A stretch of 64,000 bases of DNA. Source: Octopus vulgaris. Its lineage: Eukaryota. How positions within the stretch are numbered: the first letter of the stretch is position 1; the number at the start of each line of letters is the position of its first letter. Shown here in pieces: positions 25,568-38,666 of the stretch. The notes below the pieces were generated by a model. It searched no databases and was not told the origin of the DNA. It worked only from the letters and a program-made list of their open reading frames with translations. Made by a program: the position numbers and the translations under genes. The stretch spans positions 806,001-870,000 of the forward strand of contig OX597825.1 in assembly GCA_951406725.2 (NCBI GenBank). Direction: 5' to 3'.

Positions 25568-26667
25568 GACATCACTGTACTTCCCAAAGTAATATTCATT
25601 TAATGAATGTACAATAATATTGTACACTAATTAGTACAGAAATATAGAATGGTTTAGAGAATAAATAACTCCCTATTCAGGAAAAACAATAGCTACGTTA
25701 ATGTTATCATATTTAATCTTGGGAGCAATTAAAAAAAAAAAACTGACAAGAAATAATTATGTAGCGGGGAGGGGGGGAAGCAACAACATTAATCAATGAC
25801 TAATGTTATTTCAATTTCTCTTTCTCTTGACAGTTCTTAAAATCTATTTTCTCATATTTTATGTATTTAATGAATATTTTCCATTATCAACTTATTGTAC
25901 TTTTGATATTGCCTTGCCGTTATATGTTCATATCAGCTTAGTTGTCTATTTAAAAAAATTTTTATAATACTGTATCACATTTGGTGAACAATAGTGTTGT
26001 TGGCAGCACGTTTCCAATAGTAGATCTTTGGTTCACTATTTTTGATACCAAGATAGACAATGGAGTGTCTGTGTGACTCAGTGCTGAACATGTATCACAA
26101 GGAACATTGTTCAAAAAGTACTGATTTTTTGATTTTCTTATTAATGTTCAAATCTTTAGCTGGAATACATCAGTGAAATACTCACGTGTATGCACACATC
26201 ATCATCAGCATCATTTTTATGACTTCTTCCCATCCTGGCATGGGTTGGACAGTTTGACAGGATCCAACAGTCCAGAGAACAATGTCTTGCTCTAGTGAAT
26301 CAGTTTCTATGGTTTCTGTAGTTGGATACATTTCTTAAGGCCAACTGCTTTACAGAGTGTACTGTGTGCTTTTTTTCTGTGGCACCAGCATTAGTGAGGT
26401 TACCCTGTATCTTGCAGGACTAAAGAGCTTTCTCGACTGAGAGGGAGGATATGATAGAGGATGATTACTGTAAGTGAAGTGTTGTGAAGTATGACGGGAG
26501 GAGCACACAATTTATGCTTAATCAAATACCACTTCCCCAAAACTGTTTAAACTGAAATTAATGTATAAGACATATATCGTGATTGAAAAGCAAACACCTT
26601 AACCACTCAAGCATGCCTATGCCACATAAGCATATGTATGCGTACACATGCACACACACACACATCA

Positions 26668-26709
<42 letters not shown>

Positions 26710-26714
<5 letters not shown>

Positions 26715-28500
26715 TACCTCAAATACTCTTGCTCTCTCTCTCTCTTTCTCTCGCAATTATTCAAACCACTCACAACCCTTTGACTGTCTCTCCTCCTGTA
26801 TTGGCAACACCTGTCTTATCTCTCACCTTTCCAGAGTCATTATCCTCAGTGACTTCAATGCTGCTACTCTCGAAGCCAAACTCGTTTCTATTCTCAGCTC
26901 TTTACACCGACGTGTCTCATTCTCTCCTCCCATCCTAGACTCTCATGCAGACATTCCAAACACTTGTTATCACTTTCTCAGCTCTAAACCTAACCTCTAT
27001 CAAACTGTAGCCATCTTTGCCCCTATCAGTCATTCAACCACTGCCTCGTCACAACTGCTCAACACACAACCACACAACCATGTACCACACAATATCCCCA
27101 TCCCCTCAGACCCTTTGGCACTTCAAGTAAGCTTCACCAGTTTTATATCACTTTTCTGAGGCATCAAAAGTGCTCCACTCTTGACCCTTCAGAAGCAGTT
27201 AGATGAGTGACTGAAACCACTCTTTTAGACATTATTGTGCATCATCCATACAACAAAAGCCTGATATCCTAAGTCCTCCAAGTGGTTCACTTGTAGTCAT
27301 TGCAGCTGCTGTAAGGGCAGAAACAAGCTTACAATGCCTGGAGAATGTCATCCACTCCCCCAAACTAGCTGGTTCTCATCTAGCTGTGCATTTACTTTAA
27401 GATCATTATGCAAAGGATACCTTTGTGTATCACACAGCCATCCAACTTCCCTGCCTCGTGAATGACAGCTGATCCTTTTGGTTCCTTATTAAAAAATTTC
27501 CACTCATCTTGTAAGTTCATTTTTTGCCTCTTCTTTTAAAAAATGCTGACTCTTGAAGCAGCTCTATTTTATCTGCCTCCATTTTATCTGTCTGTTTTAC
27601 ATTTAACTCCACATCCTTAGCCAATCCCCTTCAAAGCTTCCTCCTTCCACTCCAATGCACTCCTTGCCCAACTAACTTACCTCCACATCCAACAATACTC
27701 ACGCTTATGCTAACAACATGACTCTTCATTTTCCCTCTCCATGTGTCATCTACAATTAACTTAGATGCGATACACAAATCTGCATTGGTTCCATAAATGA
27801 AGACAGAGCATCTTCCAGTGGCACATACCTGCTTTGTCTCTTTTAACTGACAAAAAATCTCACACTTTAGTCATACCAACAAAACAATACCGCATTTCCT
27901 TCTATAACATCAAGCAGGAGAGCTCTCACAGTCACTCCAAATTCTGGGTCCCACTACCATTGAGGATATCTCTTTGTAAAAGTACATCCTTAGAGTTGTT
28001 AGGACTACTCTCCAAGGACTATCTCTTCTTTTTAGAGTCAGAAGAGATTTCAGCCCCTAATAGCTTCTGATACTCCACAAAGATCAAGTGAGGACCACAA
28101 TGGAGTAATACTGTCATATCTGGGGTGGCAATGCTGTTACGCACACTGACATCCTGTATTGCATCTTGAGAAGGGATACTTGACTGATTGGCACCCCATC
28201 ACTAATAAATAGACCCAAGTTTCTGTGCCACAGGCATGTTTTCTCCTCTCTCTATCCATTAATAAGGCCTCTATTCCACAGCTGGCTGGTCTTGTACCTC
28301 CACCCCCAACTCATTCGTTTCTCTACCTCTTGTCAATATTGGTCCATGCTAACCACCATGTCCAGCCCTTCATCTCCAGAACATTGGCTCTCTGGAATTT
28401 CTTTGCTGTTCATGCTTTGCAGCAGGTGTTGACCTGCAATAGTTCAAATGGAACATTAATGGCATCAGTCTCACTAGACTCAGAGGGACAGCAAGGCTTA
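26710..28500 (+). mobile_element. Highly degraded CR1/L2/Jockey-group LINE
   Basis: Remnant motifs in the expected order: VIILSDFNA (APE GDFN, ~26835-26862), HAYANN (YADD-like, ~27700-27718), QVRTTME*YCHIWGG (~28086-28130) and FISRTLALWN (~28370-28400). Many stops and deletions. Confidence 0.7.
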
Positions 28501-28519
28501 TGGGCTCTGCCCCTTCCTT

Positions 28520-28790
28520 AAGACTCAAGGCTGACCCATTGTTTCTCCACACTGAGAAGTCACAGCTTTGGTACAACGAATACGTGTTTGGAATGCCTTG
28601 GGAGAAGATCGCAAGATGGATTCTTCAAGATGAACCAACTGGCAGAAGACCTCGGGGTAGACGAATAGTGAGGTCAGTGATGCTTGAGAAGACAGCACGA
28701 AAGTGTAATGACAGTTTTTCTGAGAGGAGCCAATGGAAGAGGTGCTTGAAGACTCTTCTCCCATGACCCTCCAAAGAGTAGTGGGTGATG
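28520..28790 (+). mobile_element. RTE (Expander/Rex3-like) LINE 3' end fragment
   Basis: ORF 28500-28766: LHTEKSQLWY...MPWEKIARWILQDEPTGRRPRGR...WKRCLKTLLP. Confidence 0.75.
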
Positions 28791-29889
28791 AAAATGGATG
28801 GATGATGCTGGATCATTCATCCGTTTCAATGATGAGTATACAGCTGTTTCATCATTGAATAACCTAATCATTTAATTAATGTGTAAATGGCTGAGTATTT
28901 TATATATACATTTACTCTGAATCCAGGCTGAAAAACCATGACAAAAATGACATGGACTTTTAAATCAGAGACACAGTCCACCAAACTGGTTCCCTATTCA
29001 GATTCTGTTGTCTAAAATTCAGGTACTGTGGTCAATCCTTACTACAGTCCTCCCAAATCAAATCACCCGTGAGACTATTGTAAAATTTATTCATTTGCCC
29101 AAGATTCTATACTGTGGAATAAAACTCAGTTCTCATATTTGCTCAATGTGGCTATGCCTGTATTCAGTGTGTGTGTGTATGTGTGTGCAAGCACACACAC
29201 ATGCATATATATATATGTACACACACACACATATGCATACACTGGGTGATTGCAGCCCCTGTGAGCATGTATGTATACATTTATGTGCTTTTCCTAGAGC
29301 ATTAGAGCATTTTGGCTCTTATTTCTAGCAATGTAGGTGTCTTGATACCCTTAGTCGCGTTTTCCTTTATGTTTATAGTTTTCCTTTATGGTATCACATT
29401 CCGCATGGCTGTTTATATTATTTTATGTGTGTATGTGTTTGTGTACATTCTGTGAGTAATAACCTAGTGTAGAACTCAATATACTTATGCTCCCGAATGA
29501 AGCATTAGTTAAGTAGAGAGTGGTGATAAGAAAATGAGACTTCAAAGCTATGAGGTGTTACTCGGGCCCTCAAGTCTGAGTTTGCTGCATCTTAAAGCAG
29601 AAACGGCTGTAAGCTAATGAAGTAAATGAGATAATCGTTTATTCCTCTGTCATCTCAGTTACTTATAAAGTCATGGCTCTGTGGTAAGAAGGTTGCTTCC
29701 CAACTACATGGTTCCAGGTTCAGTCCCACTGTGTGGCACCTTGGGCAATGTCTTCTACTGTAGCATCAGACCAACCACAGCCTTGTGAGTGGATTTGGTA
29801 TATGGAAACCGAAAGAAGCCCATCTTTTCTCATATATGTTTTATTGACTATATATATATATATATATATATATCTTTATCTATGTGTGT

Positions 29890-30561
29890 CTTGTTGGGGC
29901 AGAAGCGCAGTGTTAACCTTGCCTCCTGAGAGGAAGACATAGACTGGCATCTGATGCAGACGTACAGTGACCTCACAAGAGAGCAGGAGTTGGGAGAGTG
30001 TAACATCCTCACAGACCCCACGGAACCAGAGACGGAGTTTGACATGTCAGAGCTGCAGCTAAAGAAAGTCATGGAGGAGGTTATCCACAGAACAAGGACA
30101 AGCTCTACTCCTGGACCGAGTGGCACTTCATACAAAGTGTATAAGAACTGTCCCAAGATTCTGTTGTCTGTGGAAAATCCTCTGAGTCTTCTGGAGAAGG
30201 GGGGAGATCCCAGAACAATGGAGAGTGGCTGAGTGGGTGTGGATTCTGAAGGAGGAAAACTCCACCCAGGTAGACCTTCATCTCCCTGCTTTGTGTGGAA
30301 GCAAAGATCTTCTTCAGCATTGTTTCCAAACGGCTGTGTGCCTACCCGGGTCAGAACGCCTACATCGATACATCTGTCCAGGAGGGTGGCATTTCGGGAA
30401 TGCCAGGCTGTGTGGAGCATACTGGTATGGTGACACAGCTGATTTGAGAGGCAAGAGAGAACAAGGGTAACCTGTCTGTGCTGTGGCTTGACCTGGCAAA
30501 TGCATTCAGCTCCATTCCACACAAGCTGGTTCAGCTCACGTTGACAAAACATCATGTCCCC
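29890..30561 (+). mobile_element. Hero/R2-group non-LTR retrotransposon RT fragment with frameshifts
   Basis: Successive frames give STPGPSGTSYKVYKNCPK, VWILKEENSTQVD, then GGISGMPGCVEHTGMVTQLI*EARENKGNLSVLWLDLANAFSSIPHKLV, characteristic of Hero-like RTs. (TA)n lies on both sides. Confidence 0.8.
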
Positions 30562-30718
30562 ATATATATATATATATATTCGTCAATTCCTTGAAAATGG
30601 TGTCATAACCCCAAAATATTGAATACAAGGTAAGTTTACATTAATTCACATATTTGTTTTCTTGTGATTTACCTTGCATTTACTTCGCATTGTTCAGGCC
30701 TTACCCATGAGCCTTTAT

Positions 30719-30763
<45 letters not shown>

Positions 30764-31286
30764 GTCAATTTAATACACACACTGAAAAAGCTTCTAACAG
30801 TTTCATGCTTTTATGATACTTTAACTGGACATAGTTATAAAATGTGCCATGTATCCCCAAGCAATCTTTCAGGCTCTGTTTAAGCATTAAATATATATTA
30901 AAAATAAGGCTGCTGGACAGTGGGAAAATAAGAAAAAAGGAAAAGGAGGATGATATAAGTCTTCTATAATGAGGAAAGGGCAATTTGTCAGAAGAAGGGT
31001 GATGAAGAAACGAAGATCCCCATCCACCCGAACTGCAGAAACTGCAATTAATGCAGTTTTTTACTTCTTGCTTTTTTTTTTATTTTCTCACTGTCCAGTG
31101 TCCTTGATTTTAAAATATATCCAACACATAAACAGACACTGAAAGGTTGCTCGGAGATGCATGGCATATATTATAAATATGCCGAGTTTAAGTATTAAAA
31201 ACGTAGGAAACTGCTCTTTCAGTATGTGTATTAAATTGATATTTATCTCTTACTTTATTCTACCGATAGTGGATCTATAATTTATG

Positions 31287-31317
<31 letters not shown>

Positions 31318-31495
31318 GATGTATTCGGTATTTAAATAAAAAAATATCTTGAAGCCTATACGCTGAATCTCAGAAATGCTTCCAAAATTTTAATAAGAAG
31401 TTTTGAGAGATATGATGATGTACCAAAAAACGGGAGAGTTTTGAAATAGAAAGATAATAATGTGCTGAAAGAAGCCATAAAAAATGATTGCCTAC

Positions 31496-31783
31496 CATTA
31501 AGGACTTCAACATTGAAGCTGGTTACATCCATGCCAGAACGGCAAACGTAGTTGCCGGCATCATCCATATTACTTTTTTTAATCAGTAGTTGACTCGATA
31601 GAAACTTCGTATTCACCGAACGCTGTCTGGTTATGAGTACCCCTCGTGTAGAATCATATTTGATCTCATTGCCATCTTTGAACCAATCTACATCCTCGGG
31701 GATATAGTCCCCACCCACAACATTGCACACCAATATTATGTGATCACCAACAGTCACAAACGAAGTTCCCGTGAGATAAATAT
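31496..31783 (-). CDS. Internal coding exon encoding one Ig-like domain, resembling Ig2 of Dpr/zig-8-like two-Ig cell-surface proteins
   Basis: Minus strand: acceptor ttttcag|AT at 31783 and donor AATG|gtagg at 31496; 288 nt, phase 1-1, open. Translation IYLTGTSFVTVGDHIILVCNVVGGDYIPEDVDWFKDG...SQLLIKKSNMDDAGNYVCRSGMDVTSFNVEVLN has the Ig B-strand Cys, C-strand Trp and DxGxYxC motif. Family assignment is by recalled resemblance; other exons were not found in the window. Confidence 0.88.
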
Positions 31784-32500
31784 CTGAAAAATATAGAATT
31801 TGGTGTTCGGTTTTTAGTTCTCTCTATTTTCAATATTGTGGCTCAACTATAAATTCTTATTTGTTTTTAAGTTAGATATGTTAGTAGTAAGTTAGTAAGT
31901 TAGTATCTACTTATTACTTGAAAGGAAATAGAAATTGAAAATATATATAATCTTTTTTATTATTTTTCTTTTCTTTTTTCATCTCAGAATCTAGGAGATG
32001 AGGAAGGAAATCATTCATATGCAGAGAAATATACATATATGCATGTATGTACATACATATATATGCATGTAAATATACATATGGTATACATACACACACA
32101 CACTCACACTCACTCATGCACGTATGTATGTGTGCATATATTTATGTAAAATGAGAACACCTTTCTTTTCAAACGTTATATTGAAGACCCAAATGTGTTT
32201 CAATTAAGTCTTTTTTTTTTTTTTATTAAAGATCTTTTTTTCATCTTCCCTTATTAGTTTCATATGTTTAATTTGAAATAATAATTTTTATTTTGCCAAA
32301 CTAGACATAAAAACCGAATATGGAAACATGATAAAGTATTAATAAAAACGTTGAAATCAAACACAGCCAGGTCTTCAATGTAACACACACCTAATATCTG
32401 GATGTTTCTATTATCCATTTCTGCTTTGAAATATTAAATCTAACATAAATTAAATGTCTACATTATTTAAAAATAATTATGCATAATGATGGAGTCCTTA

Positions 32501-32736
<236 letters not shown>

Positions 32737-32769
32737 CAGTCTATCTTCCAACTATAAATAATTAAATAT

Positions 32770-33642
32770 TTGTAGGATTCATTTGAATCAAGAAATGAAA
32801 TGGCATGTTGTAATAAAGGCTGAACATAGCGATTTAGAAATATCTTGACCGTTAAAAGTTGCCAGATCTTTCATCTACAAAGTTTGTAAGAAGCTAGAGA
32901 TTGAAGATGGAAACATATCGCCAGTATCAAAGTATAAAAAACATTCTAAACGCACTGAAATCATCAGAACACCTGAATTTATCCATTGATTACAATACCA
33001 GAAAGGCTATGACGTCAACTGCAAAAGATCTCCATGTGTTAGAAGGAACAGTCAGAAATATTGTCCACGAAAACATCAGATATAAGTCTTATATGATGAG
33101 GAAAGGTCAATTTGTCAGAAAAATCAAAAGAAAATCACTACATCAGATCTAAAAGGTTCTTAAACAAATTGAAAAAAGCAGAAGATTTGATTTGGTTTTT
33201 CTCAAACGAGAAAAACTTTGACCAAGGTCAAAAAGTTAACAGAAGAAATGACAGATGGTTATGTGCAGACCCTTCTGAAGTTCCAGGTGTTATGCATACA
33301 AAATTTCCTGAAACTGTCATGGTTTTAGGGGTTGTCAACAATAAAGGACATTTGATGCATCGTTACTTCTTTCCAGAAGGTCTTAGAGTTCTGCTACCTA
33401 CATTGAGGTCCGAGTAATGTCGAAAGTGAAGCAGGACCACTTGATTTGAGCATGTAGATGATTTAGATCTCCTATAGAAGCAGTTGTTGAAGCTGAAGAT
33501 GGCTTTATTGAATAACATTCTAGAAAAGAAGGTTTATTTTTATCCTCATAGCAATTTTTGATAAATATATTTATTATCTGATATTATATATATTTTTTTT
33601 TTAATAAACTTAAGTCTGTCCTCAAATATTTTACGCAACCTG
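32770..33642 (+). mobile_element. Tc1/mariner superfamily (DD37D/maT-like) transposon, internally deleted
   Basis: HTH region, then WFFSNEKNFDQGQKVNRRNDRW..TKFPETVMVLGVV..FFPEGLRV, a jump at ~33410 to the C-terminal ACR*FRSPIEAVVEAEDGFIE*, and a 3' terminus ...ttacgcaacctg|ta near 33642. Confidence 0.85.
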
Positions 33643-34452
33643 TATATACACACACATATATATATCTGAAAAATATCAAACATAACTATATGTATATATA
33701 TATATATTGTATACACCCTGAATTGTTGCCAAAATGAGTGAGTCAACATACATTCCACATCCTGGCACTTTTTTAAAAACCAAATATCAAAATTGTGACT
33801 CACCAAAAGAAAACTGAAGAAGAAGGTGTGTTTTTTTCATGATGTAATTGAATCAACAAAAAAAATCTTTGATCTTATATATCTATGTATATGTATGTGT
33901 GTACACACATATATATATATGTACACCTGGATACATACGTAGGTGCAAATAAATATGTGTGTGTGTCTGTGTGTTTTATATACATATATGTGTGTGTGTA
34001 TGTATATATAAATATATACATACACCCACACGTACAATTTTGCTCAAGTTTTTATGATTAACAGTTTTTCGTATTAACTTAGTCTCTATCAGTCTTTTAT
34101 GCTTAATTTCTAACAAAAGTTTTCAAGAGAAGGCAATGTTCATAGACCTTCTCAGTTTCATCTTTTGGGTGAAGTGGTTGTTGGTGGCATTTATGGATTA
34201 TTGCAACATTTTTGCTGAATGAAGCAAAGTTCACTGGAATGATGTTGTTGCTAATAAATTTACGAGTGCTTCATTTAAAATTCAGCTGCTGACTTGTGAG
34301 TAACTGTTCTTAGTTTAATGCTAGGGTGTTGCATCTGTATATAATAAAGAACTAAAAAAAACAAGTAGAAAATAATACTATAAAAAAAGATTAAACCTCC
34401 AGCATTCTCTTGGTTTCTGTCTAATGTTTGAAAGAGAAGCTGCTGTTTAAAT

Positions 34453-34493
<41 letters not shown>

Positions 34494-34931
34494 GCATATA
34501 TATACATATATAGTAATCATCATCATTTAACATCTATTGTCCATGTATGCATGGGTAAGACAGTTGACAGGAGCCAGCCAAGTAGAAACTCTACCCAAGA
34601 CTACTGTGTCTGTTGTGGCAGGGATTTTACACCTGGATGCCCTTCCTAACACCAACCACTCTGCAGAGTGGACTCAGTGCTTTTTACATGGCATTAGTAC
34701 AGGTGAGGTTAGTTTTGGCATGATTTTTACAGCTGGATATCCTTCCAAACGCCAACCATATAACGGTGTGGACTGGATGCTTTTAATGTGGCACCAGCAC
34801 TGGCAGGGTAACCAAGTAACTCACAAGACAAGGAATTATGACAGGGGCAGGGGGCATTTGAGGAGGAGAACTTGTGCCAGAGGATGAAAAGCTAGAGTGT
34901 GACAAAGAGACAACAACAACAATAATAAATG

Positions 34932-35420
34932 AACCGGATATTATTATTATTATTATTATTATAAAAGATCAGACAAAAAAGATGTGTTTATTAATTGATA
35001 TGAGTATTCCTTGCAATCACAATATAGCATCGAAAGAATTTGACAAGATCAGTAAATATAAAGACTTGCTAACAGAAATTGAAAAAATGTGGCATCTCAA
35101 GGCAACTACAGTACCAGTGATTGTAGGATCTCTAGGAATGATAAAAAAAGGCACTGAAACCTATTTGAAAATGATACTGGGCTTACCATCGCTACAGGAA
35201 GTGCAAAAAATCATGTTAACTGGAACGACTCATGTACTGAGAAGAGCATTATCGGTGTGAAATCAACATCCATTCATGAATTTATTTATTTATTAATTTT
35301 TTAAATACATATTTTACCTGTGAATTTGCACGTGTAATCTGGGAATGCATACAATGAGCTTCTCTGCCCTAGGTGTACGGAAAACACTCATCAAGAAACA
35401 AGAAAATTTGAAGAAAGAAG

Positions 35421-35453
<33 letters not shown>
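34932..35453 (+). mobile_element. R4/Dong-like LINE 3' end: restriction-like endonuclease, 3' UTR and (TAA)n tail
   Basis: PDI..KDQTKKMCLLIDMSIP..KEFDKISKYKDL..EIEKMW..VPVIVGSLG..LTGTTHVLRRALS* (stop at 35260) is a PD-(D/E)xK REL domain; (TAA)n follows at ~35422-35453. Confidence 0.85.
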
Positions 35454-35454
<1 letters not shown>

Positions 35455-35667
35455 CCTTTCTGCTAGGGGCACAAGGACTGAAATTTTTGAGGAAAGGCTA
35501 GTTGATTATATCGACCCCAGTATATAACTGGTACTTATTTCATTGATTCTGAAAGGATGAAAGGCAAAGTCGAACTTGGTGGAATTTGAACTTGGAACAT
35601 AAAGATGGATGAAATGATGCTAAGCATTTTGTCTGGCATGCTAACGATTCTGCCACCTCATCACCTT
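35454..35667 (-). mobile_element. tRNA-derived SINE family E copy
   Basis: Shares atcgacccc..aaggatgaaaggcaaagtcg..ggaatttgaact core with 36430-36651. Older copies at ~545-740, 7490-7650, 35740-35890, 46690-46820, 55050-55200 and 58670-58740. Confidence 0.8.
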
Positions 35668-36360
35668 TACTCCTACTTCTACTACTACTACCACCACCAC
35701 CACTACCACCACCACCATCACCAACAACAACAACAACAACCTAAGTATAAGACTGGCAGTTTATTAAGCCCAGAAAGATGAAGGATAAAAGTGACCTCAG
35801 TGATATTTGAACTCGGAGTAAAATGAAATCTACAAAGAATATCCCAAAGCAATCCATACAACATTCTAAGGAATCAGTCAACTGACTGCCATTTTATGAA
35901 GAGAAGTCAAAACTGAATGAGTCTAGATAACACGAAACTGTATTCCTCTTATTCTACAACAATTTCCACAGAACCAAATTAGTGAACTCATCAACTCATT
36001 ACTTTAGAAGTTTTTAATTCCTACTTGCTCCGTGTTTGCATTCTCAACATTCACTTTTTCATATGATTTTGGGATATGGAGATTGTTATGTGATTATTAA
36101 GTTGTTCTTTTTTTTTATCTCTGCTAAGCTAATCTGGTTATTTTTTTTCTTGTACATCCTTCCAAGTTTTAATAGATAAACCTTATCAAAGTTAATGCTA
36201 TGAGGTGTCTATAGCATTTTTGCTTTTTTTCTCCTGGTTTCAATCATTCAACTGCACCCGTAGAAGAGCATCACATTCAGAGGTTTCCAGTTGACTATAT
36301 CAACCATTATTTTTGTAAGATAAGAAATTGGATGCATAAGTTTTTATCCCACACTGGAAT

Positions 36361-36397
<37 letters not shown>

Positions 36398-36429
36398 TTC
36401 TGTCTCTTATACCAAACTTCATTGATAAG

Positions 36430-36651
36430 GCGGCGAGCTGGCAGAATCATTAGCATGCCAGACGAAATGCTTAGCGGTATTTTGTCTGCCATTACATTCT
36501 GAGTTCAAATTCTGCCGAGGTCGACTTTGTCTTTCATCCTTTTGGGGTCGATTAAATAAGTACCAGTTACGCATATAATCGACTTAATCCGTTTGTCTGT
36601 CCTTGTTTGTCCTCTCTGTGTTTAGCCCCTTGTGGGTAGTAAAGAAATAGG
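36430..36651 (+). mobile_element. tRNA-derived SINE (family E), full length, flanked by a 22-bp direct repeat (TSD)
   Basis: Head ggcggcgagctggcagaatc..gagttcaaattc (A/B-box-like); exact flanking repeat tataccaaacttcattgataag at 36408-36429 and 36652-36673. Confidence 0.9.
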
Positions 36652-38628
36652 TATACCAAACTTCATTGATAAGCATTTGGTTAACACAAAACAACCATGG
36701 TAGAGAATACTTACTCCATGTACTGCACCACATGGTAGCAAAACACACTTTTAACAACACAACCTCGCCTACATTTATAGTGTTTTAACAATTGCACTGA
36801 AAGTATATGATTAGATTGTTCCCCACTAAAATTCTAAACCAAGATATCGTTATGTCTAATTGGTTTGTTCTATAAGAGCTAATGACTAAAAAAATATATG
36901 TACAGAAAATTGCATATATTTACACTGAGCTCAGATTTGAAACTCAGTAAATAAAAGTCTCTACAGAGTCCGCTGATAAAGAATCCTCAGCTATTGAACT
37001 ATAATTATTGGTTTGATTTCACATCTATAATACTTGATATATATTATTTTTGCCAGTATATGTTTACTTGTTAACTTCTAGAAATTTCAGACCAGATAAT
37101 CAGAATTCTTTGAATTTAATTGCTAAGTTGCTCATTTGTAATAAGTGAAACTTTCTTGAAGTTCAGAATTTTATTGAAGTTGTTGTTTAGACTAAAATAT
37201 CTTGTGCTGTAGAATGAACCACATTTAAGTAGAGAAATACCAAGCATACACATACATGCACATCCTCATACTTAAAACACAAATACATAAGCTGTAAACG
37301 AAGCAATTTCCTAATGCATAAAATAAATATAGCAATATTCTTACTAAAATCAATATTAGTCAACTACATTAAAGTACATAGACCAAAAGTAAAATTAATA
37401 GTCTTTGAACAACAGAGAACCACAGAGAAACACTGAAACGGGGTTAATTCCTTCATCTTAGTTGCAGAATATTATGCCACATCGTTTAGCAGCTATTATC
37501 AAAAGGTAACAATGTGATAGCCAATGTTTGGATAATGAAGGACATTTCTTCATATCTAAAACGTATTTCAAAGCACACAAAAACACAATGACAACAGCTT
37601 GTAATGGTTAACTTATCTCGTCCAGAATAAAGTTCCAGTTGACCAAAATTTCAAAGGAAATTCTTTGACTCAAGTTTTGATATGCACTTAATCAATTGTA
37701 AAAATGACCACTGCTTTAACAGTACCACTTGCCATTTTTGAGTGAAGTATTTTATGGTTAAAATTTCTTTCATCTCTTCATTGTTCTGAAAGTTTGATCA
37801 GACATCCAAAGTATTCAGTAGTTTAAAACTTAGAAGCAAATCAGGTTTGTTTTACAGCACAAAGTGTTGCTTGGATTTTCCTCTGGATATTAGGAAGGAG
37901 TGTATGGAGAATCTAATTTCTGCTGTAGTTGTAAGACAATATTAACATTCGGAAGCATCTTATAAGCTCTACTTTCGCTTTCAGATGCATTCTTCAGTTA
38001 AAATTTGATTTTAAGTTAATCATTTCTTATATAACGAGATTGTTGATAATTACTGATATGTAAACATCTCTCTTCGTCACTAACAATGAACAGTGTCTAA
38101 CAGATAATCTACAAACTTTACAAGTATAATCTTATGCAATAAAATTTATTCAGTCTTGTCGTATTCAGAAAGTTTTCAAAAGAACACATCTAACAATCAA
38201 AATAGCAAAATTTTTAAACATAATTTGTGCTCAGCATTACTTCCATAGCCATGAAAATATAGCCCTTCATAAGTTTCAAGAAATCATAGGTAAGGCTAAA
38301 GACAAAGAAAATAACTATGATATCCAAGTTATACTATATATATATTATTTAATGTTCATGTTAGCATGGGTTGGATGGTTTGACTGGAACTGGTAAAACT
38401 CCATTGTCTGTTTTGGAATGATCTCTATGACTGGGTTCCCTTCCTAATGACTACTTTACAGAATGCACTGGGTACTTTTTATGTGGCACCAATACAGTCA
38501 TCAAGTAACTTGCAAGACAAAAACCTCTTCAGCTGGAAGTGGGGAGAAGTAGTGAGTTGGGTGAGGGGGGGCGCTTTGTGCCAGTTGATGAGAGATTAGC
38601 GGTATAAAAGGACAGGGATAGGTGTCTT

Positions 38629-38665
<37 letters not shown>

Positions 38666-38666
<1 letters not shown>

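Noticed and set aside
28825-28859. 11-bp hairpin enclosing ACAGCTGT, with GAAACAGCTGTA on the minus strand
   Set aside because: Sits in a decayed SINE D/F tail; no properly placed CUGANGA and stem II.
31356-31495. ORF extension RQSFFMASF... after the Ig domain
   Set aside because: It lies beyond a good GT donor at 31495; most likely intron read-through.
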